Below are positions 47,890 to 59,816 of a DNA stretch of 64,000 nt, piece after piece. The translations under genes and the position numbers were made by a program. The notes under the pieces are model-generated. The model was given only the letters and a program-made list of their open reading frames with translations. It did no database searches and was not told the DNA's origin. Every line of letters begins with the position of its first letter. The stretch's first letter is position 1. Source of the stretch: Amoebophrya sp. A120 (Eukaryota > Protista > Dinoflagellata); the NCBI GenBank assembly GCA_905178155.1, contig CAJINV010000002.1, forward strand, positions 6,850,743 through 6,914,742. Reading direction: 5' to 3'.

Positions 47890-50800
47890 ATGCACAACTC
47901 CCCGGCCGGCACCACCCATGGCGGCGGGTCGCAGCCATCCAGGATGGGAGGCGGTAACAATCACCCCAACCGTCGTGGAGGTGCCAATAACAAGAAGCAA
48001 AACACGCCATCGCCCATTTCCGCCGCGAACAACAAAACTGCTGCATCGAACTCCTCTCCAGCAAGTAATAGCCTCTCGGATCGCATGCGGAGGCGCGTTC
48101 AAACGGACTTGTCCTTCGGAGGTTCCGGCTCCGAAGCGGAGAGCGGCTTTGGGAGCGGTACGAGTTACGGCTACTTCGGCGGTATCTTCCGTCTCCCCGT
48201 ATCAAACGTAAAAATGTCTGGGTCTGGAAGAGGCATGCTGTTTCTGCATGACACGGAAGGTCTGGCATGGAAGCTCTAGCATCACAGGTATCGAGAAGCT
48301 TCCGCAATGCCGAACCCGCATGACAAATCCCCCATTTTTGTGACAGAAAGTGGGCAGCCTTTGCCACCTATGCATGAGAGATTTTTCTGTGTTCTGAAAT
48401 GCGCATCACAGGTTACATCCTTCCAGACCCAGACATTTTTGCATTTAATACCCCGGCGCCGCGTACGATTGGATAAAGGGGGCGACGACCAAGAGAAGTA
48501 GAAGCTCTTTGTCAAGAAGTTACAGCATCAGCCCCATGCCGACGCCGAGTTCCAGCAAGGGCCGTGATCACGATGGGACTGCCGCGGCTTTTGCATCACG
48601 CAGCACCACGACCGGCAGTATAATTCCCGGCAGTGGTCAGCACCAATACGGTGGTAGTTCCACCGCCGCTCAGCACCAGGCCGTGTTTCCGGGGTTCAAC
48701 CAGTTTTCTTTCAAAGTTCGGGAGTTGCGGCGGAAATTCTCCGACGCGATGCTGGACTTCCGGGAGGACTTGGACCGGATAGACACGAAAGGGAGCAGTT
48801 TGTCCACCAGCACGGACAACTCGGGGGTTGAGGGCGGCTTGTCGAGATCCGGGTCTTTGATCCCCCCCGGCCGGCTACCCGACGTGCACAATGAACAGTC
48901 GAGTGCGTCGTCGTCCTCTGATAGGGATCAACTAGACGAGTCGTCGTCCTCTCGAATGGAGGATATGGTCGACCAAAACAAGCTCTTCTTCGACAAAAAG
49001 CATCATGGAGGTGGAGGCAGACTCGGCGGTGGTTTTTCAGCAGGAGGCACGCATGACAGCAGTGACAGTGACACGGAATCCACGGCTACTTCTACATCTG
49101 TTTCCATCGCGAGGGAACGGAGTGACTCGCACTCCCCGACACGGACTAGAGCAGGGCTGCTCTCCAGCGCAGGCTCCCGGTCGAACTCCGCAGCGAGAGG
49201 AAGGAGTTCGCGAGGTGCTGGGCATTTGGACGAAGAGAAAGGGTTCAGTCCTAGAGGAACTACAAATATTAACTCAAGAAGCCGGAATGACGACCGCAGC
49301 ATCTCCAGCAGGAAAAACGAGAAAAGCAAGAAGTCCAAGCTGAAGCAGTCCTCGCTTCTGCCCGGCGGCGCCGCAGCTAGTGCAAACAATGACGTCGATT
49401 ACTGCAGCAAGTACGGAACTGTTCCGAAGAACAAAACGACCTGTCTCCGGATTTTCCTCCTCCAGTTCGCTCTATCAACTCGCAAATGCGGCAGGTTTGT
49501 GAACGATTTGTCGTGCGGGTACTTGGGTTTGTTGCTTTGTGGGAAACCAAGAAAAGGCAAAAGCAGTATCGGTCCGAACGGGATGTTCCGATCGAATGGG
49601 AAGTGGTCCGTCGCAACGTCCAACCCGTCGCCAACGGGTGGTGGACCCCCGAACGGGCTGCTTTTTGGGAATAGTAGTGTAACTTCGCCTCAGAAGATGA
49701 AGCTCCGCACCTGGTTCGCGCTGATGGGAATCGGGATTGCGTTGAGCGCCTTGCTGTACATTTTAGTGTACAGCTCCGAGGACTTGAAGAGCCTCCTCTC
49801 CTCAGTGTTTGGCGCGGATTTTCTGCCAAATTTCAGCTCCGGTGCAGCTGGGTCGTTTTTGTCAATGCCGACGTTTTCGCTCTTCAACAAGCAGACCACT
49901 CCCGATGACGAAGGGAGTACTAGTTCCGACGCGAAGCACGAAAAGAAATTGGCAGAAATTCCGGAGATCGAGGTATTGGTGGAGCTGGAAGATACCCCGC
50001 CTTCTGCTGCAGGCGAACCCCATGCAAAGAAACCGCATCCGTTTTTCGAAACAACAAATACCGGCGCTCCTGCAGCTCTAGAGAACAAAGTAGCCGGCGA
50101 GGCGGAGCGGCACGTGCCGCGGAACAAACTTCCCGAAGAGGACTCTGGAGGTGCTGCAGGAGGAGCTTTGTCATCCGCGTCTAGTAACGAGTTACCTTTG
50201 GAAGCCGAGCGAGAAGGCAGTACTAGTGAAACTACTAACTCCGGCGGGCTTCGAACCTCCACCGCGCCCGTCGCCGGCGACACTGCGGTGAATATGGAAG
50301 GCGGTTCGGCGATGAGTATCGGCTCCAGTAGGTTGCTGGGGAGGGACAGCTCGTCCTCGTCTGGCAATAACGCTGCGAACGCAGCCAATAGCAATAATTT
50401 GCGATCTGCTGCCGGTACCACGACACCTCCAACGGAAGACAGTGATGCGACTATTCCCGATCCGCTCACAGATCCTCTCGCGGACGACCCCGACAAACCT
50501 TTACCCGTGGTTGCCAGTGCAGAAGACGATAACACTTTAGTCTCCTCCACAGTGCCACCAAGTCCTGGTATGGCTGGCGCAACCGGAGGTGCGCAAGACA
50601 TCATTAACAGTATAGGGAACAACAATAAAGATCACCAGCAGCACTCGTCTGGTGATCACCAGCTGTTGTCTCGCGCTTCCAGGATTCACAGAAATAAGGA
50701 GCAGCCCGATGATGGAGTTGAATCCTCCGAGGTGCCTCACCAAGACTCACCGCAGAGCGAACACGCCGACGTACTGGACGAAGAAGAAACTGCGCATCAC

Positions 50801-53800
50801 GGAGGGCGACGTAGAGCTTCTGGAATCACGAGGCCAGGAGGAGGATCAGGAACAAGTAGCACTGCGTCTGCACCAAAAGTAGCTGCGTCAAACAAGGACG
50901 AGGACGACAGAAATACTAAAGCTGGTGCGCCGACGAGCAACAACTCCGAAGAAGCGACCGGCGAAGCAGGTGAACATAACGCCGCGCGCGACATCAACAA
51001 CATGCAGGATGAGGGGGCGGAGCAGGTCGTTTCCGCGGAGGTGAGCGAAGACGAGGAGCTGAACGCCCATCCCGTGAAGGTGGATAGTGTGATATGCAAG
51101 AAAAAAACTGTGTAAGTGTAACTCTGTAATGCAGAACATGCGTCAGAGTTACACTTACACCTGTCATGCCAGACAACCATGGAGTCCTCTTTTCGCGTGT
51201 GTTTTCCCTTACAAGCCGCGCATGACAGGCTTCCTCTGTCATGCTCATGTAGAGCAAATTTGTGATGCTGTCAACCAAAGAAAGTTACACTAACACAGTT
51301 TTTTTCTTGGATATGTGAAAGTAGTCTACACGGTGGTCGGGATTGTCTGCATCCTGGCTCTTGCGGTGTGGTATGCGAACAAAACGAACAAGAGATGCGT
51401 ACTTCTTTGTGGCGTTTTTCTGATTTTGTAATTGTATTCGCAATCGCAAATTAACCTTAACGTACCTGTCGGTTTGAATAATTGCTTGGTACTGCCATGA
51501 AGACAAAGTACTTAAGTAGCCAGCAAGGTGCCTCCACTGAACATAAAACGTCAACTACTACAAATCAGCCCTGGCCCAGGTGGATGCGTTCTTGGTTCGA
51601 CCCTGACTTCGGGAAGATCAGCATCGCGCTCGACGGCGAAGAGATGCTGCAGAAGAATCTGCAAAACCCCCGCGCCGCCACGCACTTCCAGCACACGGGG
51701 GATAGAGCGGCTTCCGAGCGAAATCGCTCGGGCAGTACTAGCTCCGCGGTCGGAGGACGAGGCGCAAACAGTAGTAACACGAAGTTCCAGCTCCCTTTAA
51801 AATCCGCTGGGCTACCCGGCTTCGACCACGATTTGCATGCGCAAGACATGCGGGGCACGAACATCATCGAGCGGACAATGCGGTTTGGCCGCTACAGAAG
51901 AGTTTCCGACACCATCCTGGGGCACGGGAGCTGCAAAGTCGTGTACCTAGCGGAGAACGTGGAAACGGGCAAAAGGGTCGCCTGGAGCCAGATCGGCGTC
52001 CAGGAGGAGCAGAGGAGAAGGTCGAGGGCTCTGTCGGTGTCGACGCAGTTGGAGCAAACGAAAAACGAACTGCAATTATTGATCGCTGCAACACAACCCG
52101 GAATGCCGCAAAATACGACGAGTGGTTCAACATCTTCTGCGAACAAAGGGAACCAAAACCAGAAAATGAACATCCAGGAATTAGACCGGCAGAAAATCCT
52201 GAAACTTCTCGATTACTGCTTCGACACCATAGAGGAGCCGAATCTCGCCGGAGGGCCGAACAGAACGGTGCAAACCACCGAACGGATCCACATGATCACG
52301 GAGCTCCACCCGGGAGGGTGTCTGCGGAAGTGGCACTACAATGTCTCGAACGGCATCCATCCGGAAACGAACGAAAAGGGGTTCAAGTTCGCCGGGGAAA
52401 TGTGTCGGGAGTTGAAAAACTGCGCGATTTCGGTGTCCCAGGGATTGCGGTATCTCCACAACACGAAGATCATCCATAGAGACGTATCAAATGTAAAAAA
52501 TGTCTGGGTCTGGAAACTTGTAATGCTGCGCTGCGAATAGTGAATGAAATGTTCTGTAATGCACAGGCAAGCATGAGAAATGTCTGCGCTTCTTCGTGTT
52601 GCGTTTTTCGCATGACAAACTGCGTTTTTGCATGCCAGGCAAAAGGGTCTCCTCTTTGCATGACAGGCAAAAGGGGACCGGGAAATCGCTTGCTGGTTAA
52701 CATGTATGCGTGACAAGCTGGCTGCGTTTTGCATTCGTGGCAGTCCAGGAAAGAAGAAGAACTAGTGAAGCGATCGGATCGACGAGGTGCGTCAGGGGGC
52801 GTCACTCATTCATTCACTCACACTCTTGGACACGCATCACAAATTTTTTGGTCATGCCAGACAAGCATGACAAAGCCCGCAAGCTTCCAGACCCAGACAC
52901 TTCTACATTTGATAAGACGTCCGACCGGACAACATTTTCGTCAAAGTCGACCGTGGGGGGAAGATTCAGGACGCGGTTTTGGCGGATCTGGGGTTGTTTC
53001 GCTTCGCAGTGGAGCCAACAAAGACGAAAAACGCCAGTAGTGGTCAGCAGAGCAGAAACGCGAGTACGAAGGTGACCACAAGGTCTTCTTCGAAGAACAA
53101 AAACAGCACGACACCGCCGGGCATTACTAGTAGTACTGGGAAGGTACTTGGAGGTACTACAACTGGTAGTCAGCAGCGCAACAGCAACAGAACGCCGGCG
53201 GTAAGCAGCAGTGCGGCCGCAACCCCGACCCCAAACAGCAATACAAACGCAGCTGCTGCGTCGACGCCACGGAACCCCAGCGCAGCGGGGGGCATTCTGT
53301 CGAACACGCCAACTCCGACCGGAGCCAGTGGGACGTCGAGTGGTGGCACGACATCAAGTGGCATAGCAGGGCCACCACCTCCCCCGGGCTCGGGTCAAAA
53401 TTCGGTCGTTCCTCCGCCGCCCCCGCCCAGGACGCCCAGGACAACGACGACCACGACGCCAGGAGTGAACACCTCGTCATCCAGTCTGCAGTTCGAGTTT
53501 GTCTCTGCGGGAGGAGATATGAAGAACACAACGACTACTTCCATCGCAGCAACGAGCACTAGCACAATCATCCCTGGACTCATAGATCCCCCACCTCCCC
53601 CCGCGCCAAAGTCGCTCTCCGGAACTTCCGCGGTCTCCGCTGCGTCAGGACCACCAGTTGTGGCTCCACCCCCCATGCGGGGCTCTCCGACGAGCACTCC
53701 GACGCAGCAGGCAGCGGCGCCGCGAGATGCTTTGCCGCTTTTGAGTGCTGGTGGCCCAGTGGCGGGGGAAGCGGATTTGGACTCTTTGATCCAACCTTTG

Positions 53801-55057
53801 GCACACCCATTACTGAATACGGGCGCTCACAATCAAGGAGATCACCGGGGAAGTAGAAACAAGCAATCAGGATCGTCACATCAGCATCACGTTGTGCAAC
53901 CACACCACCCAAGGCCGAGCAACATTCCTATGATTGCGACTTCCGCTTCGCAACTCGACCCCATCGGAAACAGTGTGTCGAGCTCCAGCGCTGTTTTTCA
54001 GCCGCCAACCCCCCCGATGGTGACACCACCGAGCGTCGCGATGACACCCCCGGGCGTGGTCGTCTCAAATGGGCCGCCTCTACTGCACCATGGCTCGTCA
54101 CGAGCCGACCACGGCGCAGCTACATCGAAGCAATCGACTTCGAATGACAACAACTCGTCTCGCCCGAGTAGTACGAACCCCAGTCCAAAATCTTCCACGA
54201 ATACGACACCAATAACCGCCCAAACGCCGTTCGGGAACGGCATCCTGCAGCAGCAGGCTTCCGGAACCAGTGCCGCGAGTTCATCCTCCACAACTGCGCA
54301 TCATCACACTCCTATCCACCACCAGCAAACCTCGTCTAGCTCCGCCTCAAATGTAATCGATCGGCAGATCTCTAATTCTGATATCGATAACGATAGGCAG
54401 ACAGACACCGAGTTTATGGGAGGTAACAATACCTTCACGCAGCACAGCACGTTTGAGACAAGTACGAAGTTCACGATTTCCGGGAATGACGCTTATTACC
54501 CGCCGGAAGTGATCAAGCAACTCCTGGAAAACCCGCCAAATTTCATGGACTTGACGGCGAAGGTCAGGTGTGAATTCGACTCAAAACTCGACATCTACAT
54601 GTTTGGGCTGTCGATTCTCGAGATGTTTTTGGACGGGCGGAGGAGAACGTTTGTGAAGAACTACGCAGAGTATGACGAGTACGAGGAGTATGCGCTTGCG
54701 TTAGAGCATGAGAAGTCCAAGGTGTTAAGCGAAGCGAGGCATAAGTTCGCCGAAGACCAATTCTCCCACACGCAGCTGAATTACTTCCTGGCGGGCGCTT
54801 TAAAGACGGATCCAGAACGCCGGTGGACGGCGAATGACTGCCATCACGGTTTAACGCAGTACCAGACCATGGGCGGCGGAGCAGGGGGTGCTTCGAGCTC
54901 GTCGGGGAACGCGGGAGTTGGAGGTGGGAACAGCGCGGATCCGAGCTCGGTACTGTTCATGAACTTGCTTCTACTTTGGAGGTCTGCCTTTAGCCAGGTT
55001 TTCTCAGATGCCTGCCACCAGACCTCGACGTTGACCTTAATTATAAAGCAAAAGTGA
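47890..55057 (+). CDS. WNK-like Ser/Thr protein kinase, probably fused to a long N-terminal region with two TM segments; 3' end uncertain (may continue to ~58273)
   Basis: GRYRRVSDTILGHGSCKVVY...VAWSQI (Lys in the Gly loop and VAW in place of VAIK, the WNK hallmark), MITEL, IIHRDVRPDNIFV after introner removal, DLGL, YYPPE, DIYMFGLSILEM, DPERRW. The junction at ~51370-51525 and the last intron (~54950-55112) are unresolved. Confidence 0.75.
48200..48450. mobile_element. Introner family A
   Basis: tatcaaacgtaaaaatgtctgggtctggaag...cttccagacccagacatttttgcatttaata; DR ccccg/ccccg. Confidence 0.95.
51093..51313. mobile_element. Introner family F-like
   Basis: tatgcaagaaaaaaactgtgtaagtgtaact...agttacactaacacagtttttttcttggata; DR tgtga/tgtga. 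Confidence 0.94.
52485..52914. mobile_element. Introner family A inside the kinase catalytic loop
   Basis: Family A TIR; DR agacg/agacg; join HRD-V-RPDN. Confidence 0.96.
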
Positions 55058-55275
55058 AAGTCAGTGTGAAGGTGGACTACGTTTGTTTTTTTTTTCTTTT
55101 TTCCTCTGACAGTATCAGTAGAACACCAACAAGAAACAAAAAAAAATCGCAGCCTCTCGGCGGCGGGATGGTAGGACCCGAACACACCGGGCGCAAGGAG
55201 AGCCACGATAACAGCTCGACGATAAGCTGCACGCCCATGCCTGCTGGTAGCACAGCCGGCTTTGACGACCTGGAG

Positions 55276-58257
55276 TTACAACCATAACGGGGGGTCTAGT
55301 CATCGGCTCCAGAACTTTTGGAAAACTTTTCGAAAACTTTGAATTTCCTGAAGGCCTGCTCGTCCGAGAGGCTTTCTCCAAACTTCGTAGCCAGCGACCA
55401 CGCGGCCAGCACGAGAATGGGCCGCAGCTTGCCATCGTGGTTCCTGTGTGACCGATGGGGCCCTGCGTTTTTCGTGGGTCCCCAGCTTGCGCACTTCACC
55501 AGAGTGAAAAGCGCCCGCATCAGAGAAGGCTGGGGCCGCGCCGAGCCTGGTGGCACAACGTGCAGCATCGGCGTGCTTCGTGGTCAAGGCCAAGGACCAA
55601 AGAGATTTGCTCGCTGTTCGTAGTATCAAAGAGAGACCCCTAGCACCAAAATAAAAGCCCAAAAGCCTAGCCTGGCTCAGGAATCCCCTTGCGCCGCAAA
55701 AGCAAAGGCATTGGCGAAAATAAGAAAAAAACGCCAACAGCTTGGCAGCGGGTTCGGAACAATGCAGAGTTGTCCCAAGCACGCACTTGGGTGGCCATGT
55801 TGTTTGTTTGACCGAGGGGCCAACGCACTGGGGTGGCCATCCCCCCATCCGGGGCCAGCCCTCCTCCTTTGTGGCTAGCAGGGTCTAGGGTTTAGGGTTT
55901 GGCCCTCCTCCTTTTCACCTCGCACAGGGCTTGGGTTTGGGGTTTAGGGCTTAGGGCCTAGGGCCTCGGTTCTCAGGCGCAGCGCGCCGGCCGCGAGAGG
56001 CGTGTCAGTCTGGAGAGATCCAGGGGGCGCGCCCCTGCGCCGCGTTGCGTTTGTAATTACTACAAGAAAAAGCGGCGCAGTCGAAGAAGCAAACTCTGGC
56101 CGCTGCTATCTTTTTGGCGCCTGTTCTGACCCCAGGCACGGCGGCACGCTGCCAGAAAGGAGCTGGGCTGTGAGTCTTCAAAAAGTACAAACGAAGCGCT
56201 TCCCAGACACGAAGCAGGGTGGTACTGCCTGCGAAATCGGCAAAGCTCACGGCTCAGGTTTTGTCGTCTTTGTGGCGCCGTGCCGTCGTGTTTCGTGGCC
56301 ATATACGTTGACCGATAAAAGGCGTGCGCGCTGCCGTCGGTCACACGTGAATCGCGGGCGGAATCTTCTCAGCAGATTTTTAATTTATTACGCGTCTGAA
56401 CAGCGTGCCGCCCTGTTTCGTGATAGGTTTGGACCCCGGAGCCGGGGCGAAAAGTTGTATATTTTACATGCGACGAATAACGTGGGGGGTAATGTTATCC
56501 ATGGCGGCACCGCGTAGGCAAAAAAGCGCGCTTTTTCAACTTTTGCTCAAATTCTGAGGCAAGACGCGGCCTGTGCGTCTATTTTGAAAAGTTTTTTTTT
56601 GCAGTTTTGCACTATATGCGAAAAACCAAAACCGATGGCATGGCGCCGCTTTTCTGGCCCTTAAAATAAAATGAATCCCGAGCTAATTCCCGAAAAAAAA
56701 AACTTTTGAAAAACTTTCCAAAAGCTTCCATTTGGGGCACCAAAACAGTGCCGGCCCCAAGCAGAATCCGCCGCGGGGAGCTTCGAGAAGGGAGGCCAGA
56801 AAAAAAGTTTTTTCGAAGTCTTTTCGGGCTCATTTCGGGCTCACCGAAATAGCACAGCAAAAAAGTCGCATTTTTTGGCCTCCGCCGTACCACCGTGCCA
56901 AAGTCGGCACTGCTCCAGCGCCGATGGTATGCTGGTGGTGTTTTTTTGTTATGTTTTGTCAATGCCGGCACTTTTGCGATGGATGGGGTTCGCTTAGTCA
57001 AGCTTTTGGGTTTTTGGATATTGGATCGGATGGCGAAGGGAGGGATATGCGTGGGCTTGGGTCTTAGTTCCGGGATGGGTTGGAGTTGGGGATTGGTACT
57101 GGATTGGGTATCACTATATTTATTTCCCGACTTGAGAGACTACTCTCGGAAGCCACTCAGGCAGCAATGCAAGTTCGGGATGAGTTGGAGCGCGTCACGC
57201 CCCGCGAGGTAGAAGAAGAGGACAGCGACGCGACGCAGAAGGGGGGTTGTCGGATTTAGAGCCGGCCGCCTCGAGGAAGTGGAAGACGCAGCACAGCCCG
57301 GAGATGGGATTTCTTTCTACTCGGAAGCCACTACCTTCTTGGGCCCGCCTGGAGGAGTTGGAGTCTGTGGCGCAACGCGAGGCAGGTAGAAGAGGGGGAC
57401 AGTGGCGCGAGGTAGAAGGGGGGGGGCTGTGGGATTGACAGCCGGCCGGCTCGAGGACGCCCGCGGGGGATGAGGTAGAGCCTGGCGATGAGGCTATTCT
57501 GATTTTGGCTCGAGGGCATGGCGGGGGCCAAAAAGTGGAAGGCTTACCTTCGCCGTCCTCTTTTGATGCGCCTGAAAAGAGCCGGGCAAAACCTCTGCCG
57601 AGATTCTGGCCTGGCGTCTCTTCTAGAAGCCCTCCGCGGCGGATTCTGCTCGGGCCCGGAACTGTTTCGGTGCCCCTTTTCGAAGTTTTGCAAAAGTCCA
57701 TTTCAAGTTTTCTTTTTTGCTTGTTAGCCCTGGACAAAAAAACGGGTGGTCGGGAAAGTGGCGTGGAGGCTTCGGCTTCCATTTTTCGGGAGCAGCGTAA
57801 AAGTGCAAAAAAGAACGTGCGCAAATCGCCACGCAGATCCTGCGAAAGCAATACCCTCAGCAATGCTTTGGGCGTTCGCGTCTTTGACCCTGCGCCGTGC
57901 CGTGTTGCACAAGGTTGCCCACGACGGTGGGCGCCGCATGTAAAAAGTACAGCCGTCAGCTCCGGCCCCGGGGTCGAAACCTATCACGAAGCAGCATGCC
58001 ACGCGGCCCAAACGCGTAAGAGGTTAGCAGTTTCGTAAGAGGATTCCGCCCGCGATTCACGTGTGACCGGCGCCAGCGCGCTCGCCTCCCTTGTGTCGGC
58101 CATCATATACGACCACGAAACACGGCGGCACGGCGCCAAGAAAAGAGCGCCGGCCCTTGGTGGCTTCGCGTCGTCTATTTTCTCTGCTTTTCAAAGTTTT
58201 CGAAAAGTTTTCTGCAAGTTCTGAAGTTTTAATATAGACCCCCCGTTATGGTTGTAA
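55276..58257. mobile_element. 2982-bp non-autonomous foldback-like TIR element (TT...AA ends)
   Basis: 23-bp perfect TIR ttacaaccataacggggggtcta / tagaccccccgttatggttgtaa, imperfect to ~70 bp; DR tggag/tggag; long internal inverted arms; no recognisable transposase ORF. Confidence 0.93.
55880..55965 (+). repeat. Degenerate telomere-like (TTTAGGG) repeats inside the large element
   Basis: agggtctagggtttagggttt and gggcttgggtttggggtttagggcttagggcctaggg. Confidence 0.6.
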
Positions 58258-59816
58258 TGGAGTCTGAGCCATGATGTGAGAGCAATGCGGGCGGCGTTCA
58301 TGCTGGTGTTGCGCCACAACTCCCGTGGACACAACGCGCAATGCATCAACGGAAAATAGAAACTCGTCTCGAAGAGAACTTACTAGCACTCAGCAGTCGC
58401 AAAGCGCTGGCGCTGTCGTTAGATTTGTATCACGTCCTGGCTGCGTCTAAGTCTATCTACACCTACAGGAGAAAAAAATGAACCGTGACGATGAGAAACA
58501 GAAAGAGAAAGAATCACGAGCATGCTTGTACCATATTAAAGATCGAAATAAGAATTTTCACGCTAATTCTACTTTACTTGTACCAAACATAACCCACAAT
58601 TGTTGTTGAGCAGTTATCGATACGACTAGTACGACTTTTACTCCATCTACCCCACTGTAAATTTTTACCCTAATCGTGTTTCTTGTACCATCACGACCGA
58701 GAGAGGTTTTCCCTTTCCCACCTTGAAGAGCACCAGGAGGTGTATTGCTGGGTGCGAAGCCTCGTGCTTTGGATCCGCAACGCAGCTCCGAGTTATGGTG
58801 CTACCAGTACATTACCCTCTTTTGTCCAGCAGAACAGAACTTTTCGCGTCATTCAGTAGCGACTTATCTTTTGCCTCAACACTGCAGATCGAACTAGAAT
58901 CATCTTGCAAAGCCAATAAATCTTGTTTTGATACACCACGACGCCCTTTGATCTAATTTCCTGCCCTCGTTTTCAATCCCGATACCGAAGCCCTTCTGAT
59001 TTAGTCGAGTACTACCCGTTCTAGAACTACTAGTGTCAGCTGTCGAACGGAATGCATCTCGAGGAATGACACCAATTGTGGTTAAAAGTCTTCGCGTGGC
59101 CACCTTTATTGAGTGGCTCTTGCTACCTATGTCTTCATCGTGGTGCTTTCGCTTGATTTCTGAACGTCGTGAACTCTTTTGCGCGGCTTGTTGATGTTGT
59201 ACTGACGATACCTACGCTTATATTCCTGCCCTTGCTTTTTGGATTTGCGAGTTGTGCCAACTTTGATCTGTAGCATGAAAAGATTCTCAAAGAAAACTGC
59301 CTCAGCACTGGTAGTGCGCTGAATGGCCACTGGACGAGGACAAGTTACTCTACTCCAATGGCCATTCGTTTTACGTCCGACAGGATGAAGACGGCAGACA
59401 TCTTCAGTGTTCTGCGAGATGAAGATCTTCAATTATCTTCTTCCCCTCCAAGGTCCAGAAACTTTGAAGTCTGTAGCTAAACGGCGCTTCAGCAATGAGA
59501 CTACAGAAGAAGTAGAAGTTAGTAGGCGCCATTGTCTATCGTCTCGATCTAGACTCACTCCTACAACGTACAGCGATCTGTTATCATCTAAGATTGGCTT
59601 CGACCGCTGATAATTTTAGTTTGAGTTTCACCTTCACGACCCATAGGACAAAGAGGAGAAGACGCACTACGTCTCTCCTCTTCAGTTCGTTGTCGCACAT
59701 GTTCTTGTAAGACCTTCCGAGAAGTGAATTTTCGTCTCATGTGTCACTAGCCAAGCTCAACATCGGCACAACAAGAGACCACCTCCGGACCACGTGAGAA
59801 CAACAAAGGAACAACA

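Noticed and set aside
55880-55965. True telomere or chromosome end
   Set aside because: Short, degenerate, internal to an element, and genes continue beyond it
55276-58257. Autonomous transposon with a transposase
   Set aside because: Only short ORFs, with no DDE, HUH, RT or recombinase motif that I can recognise
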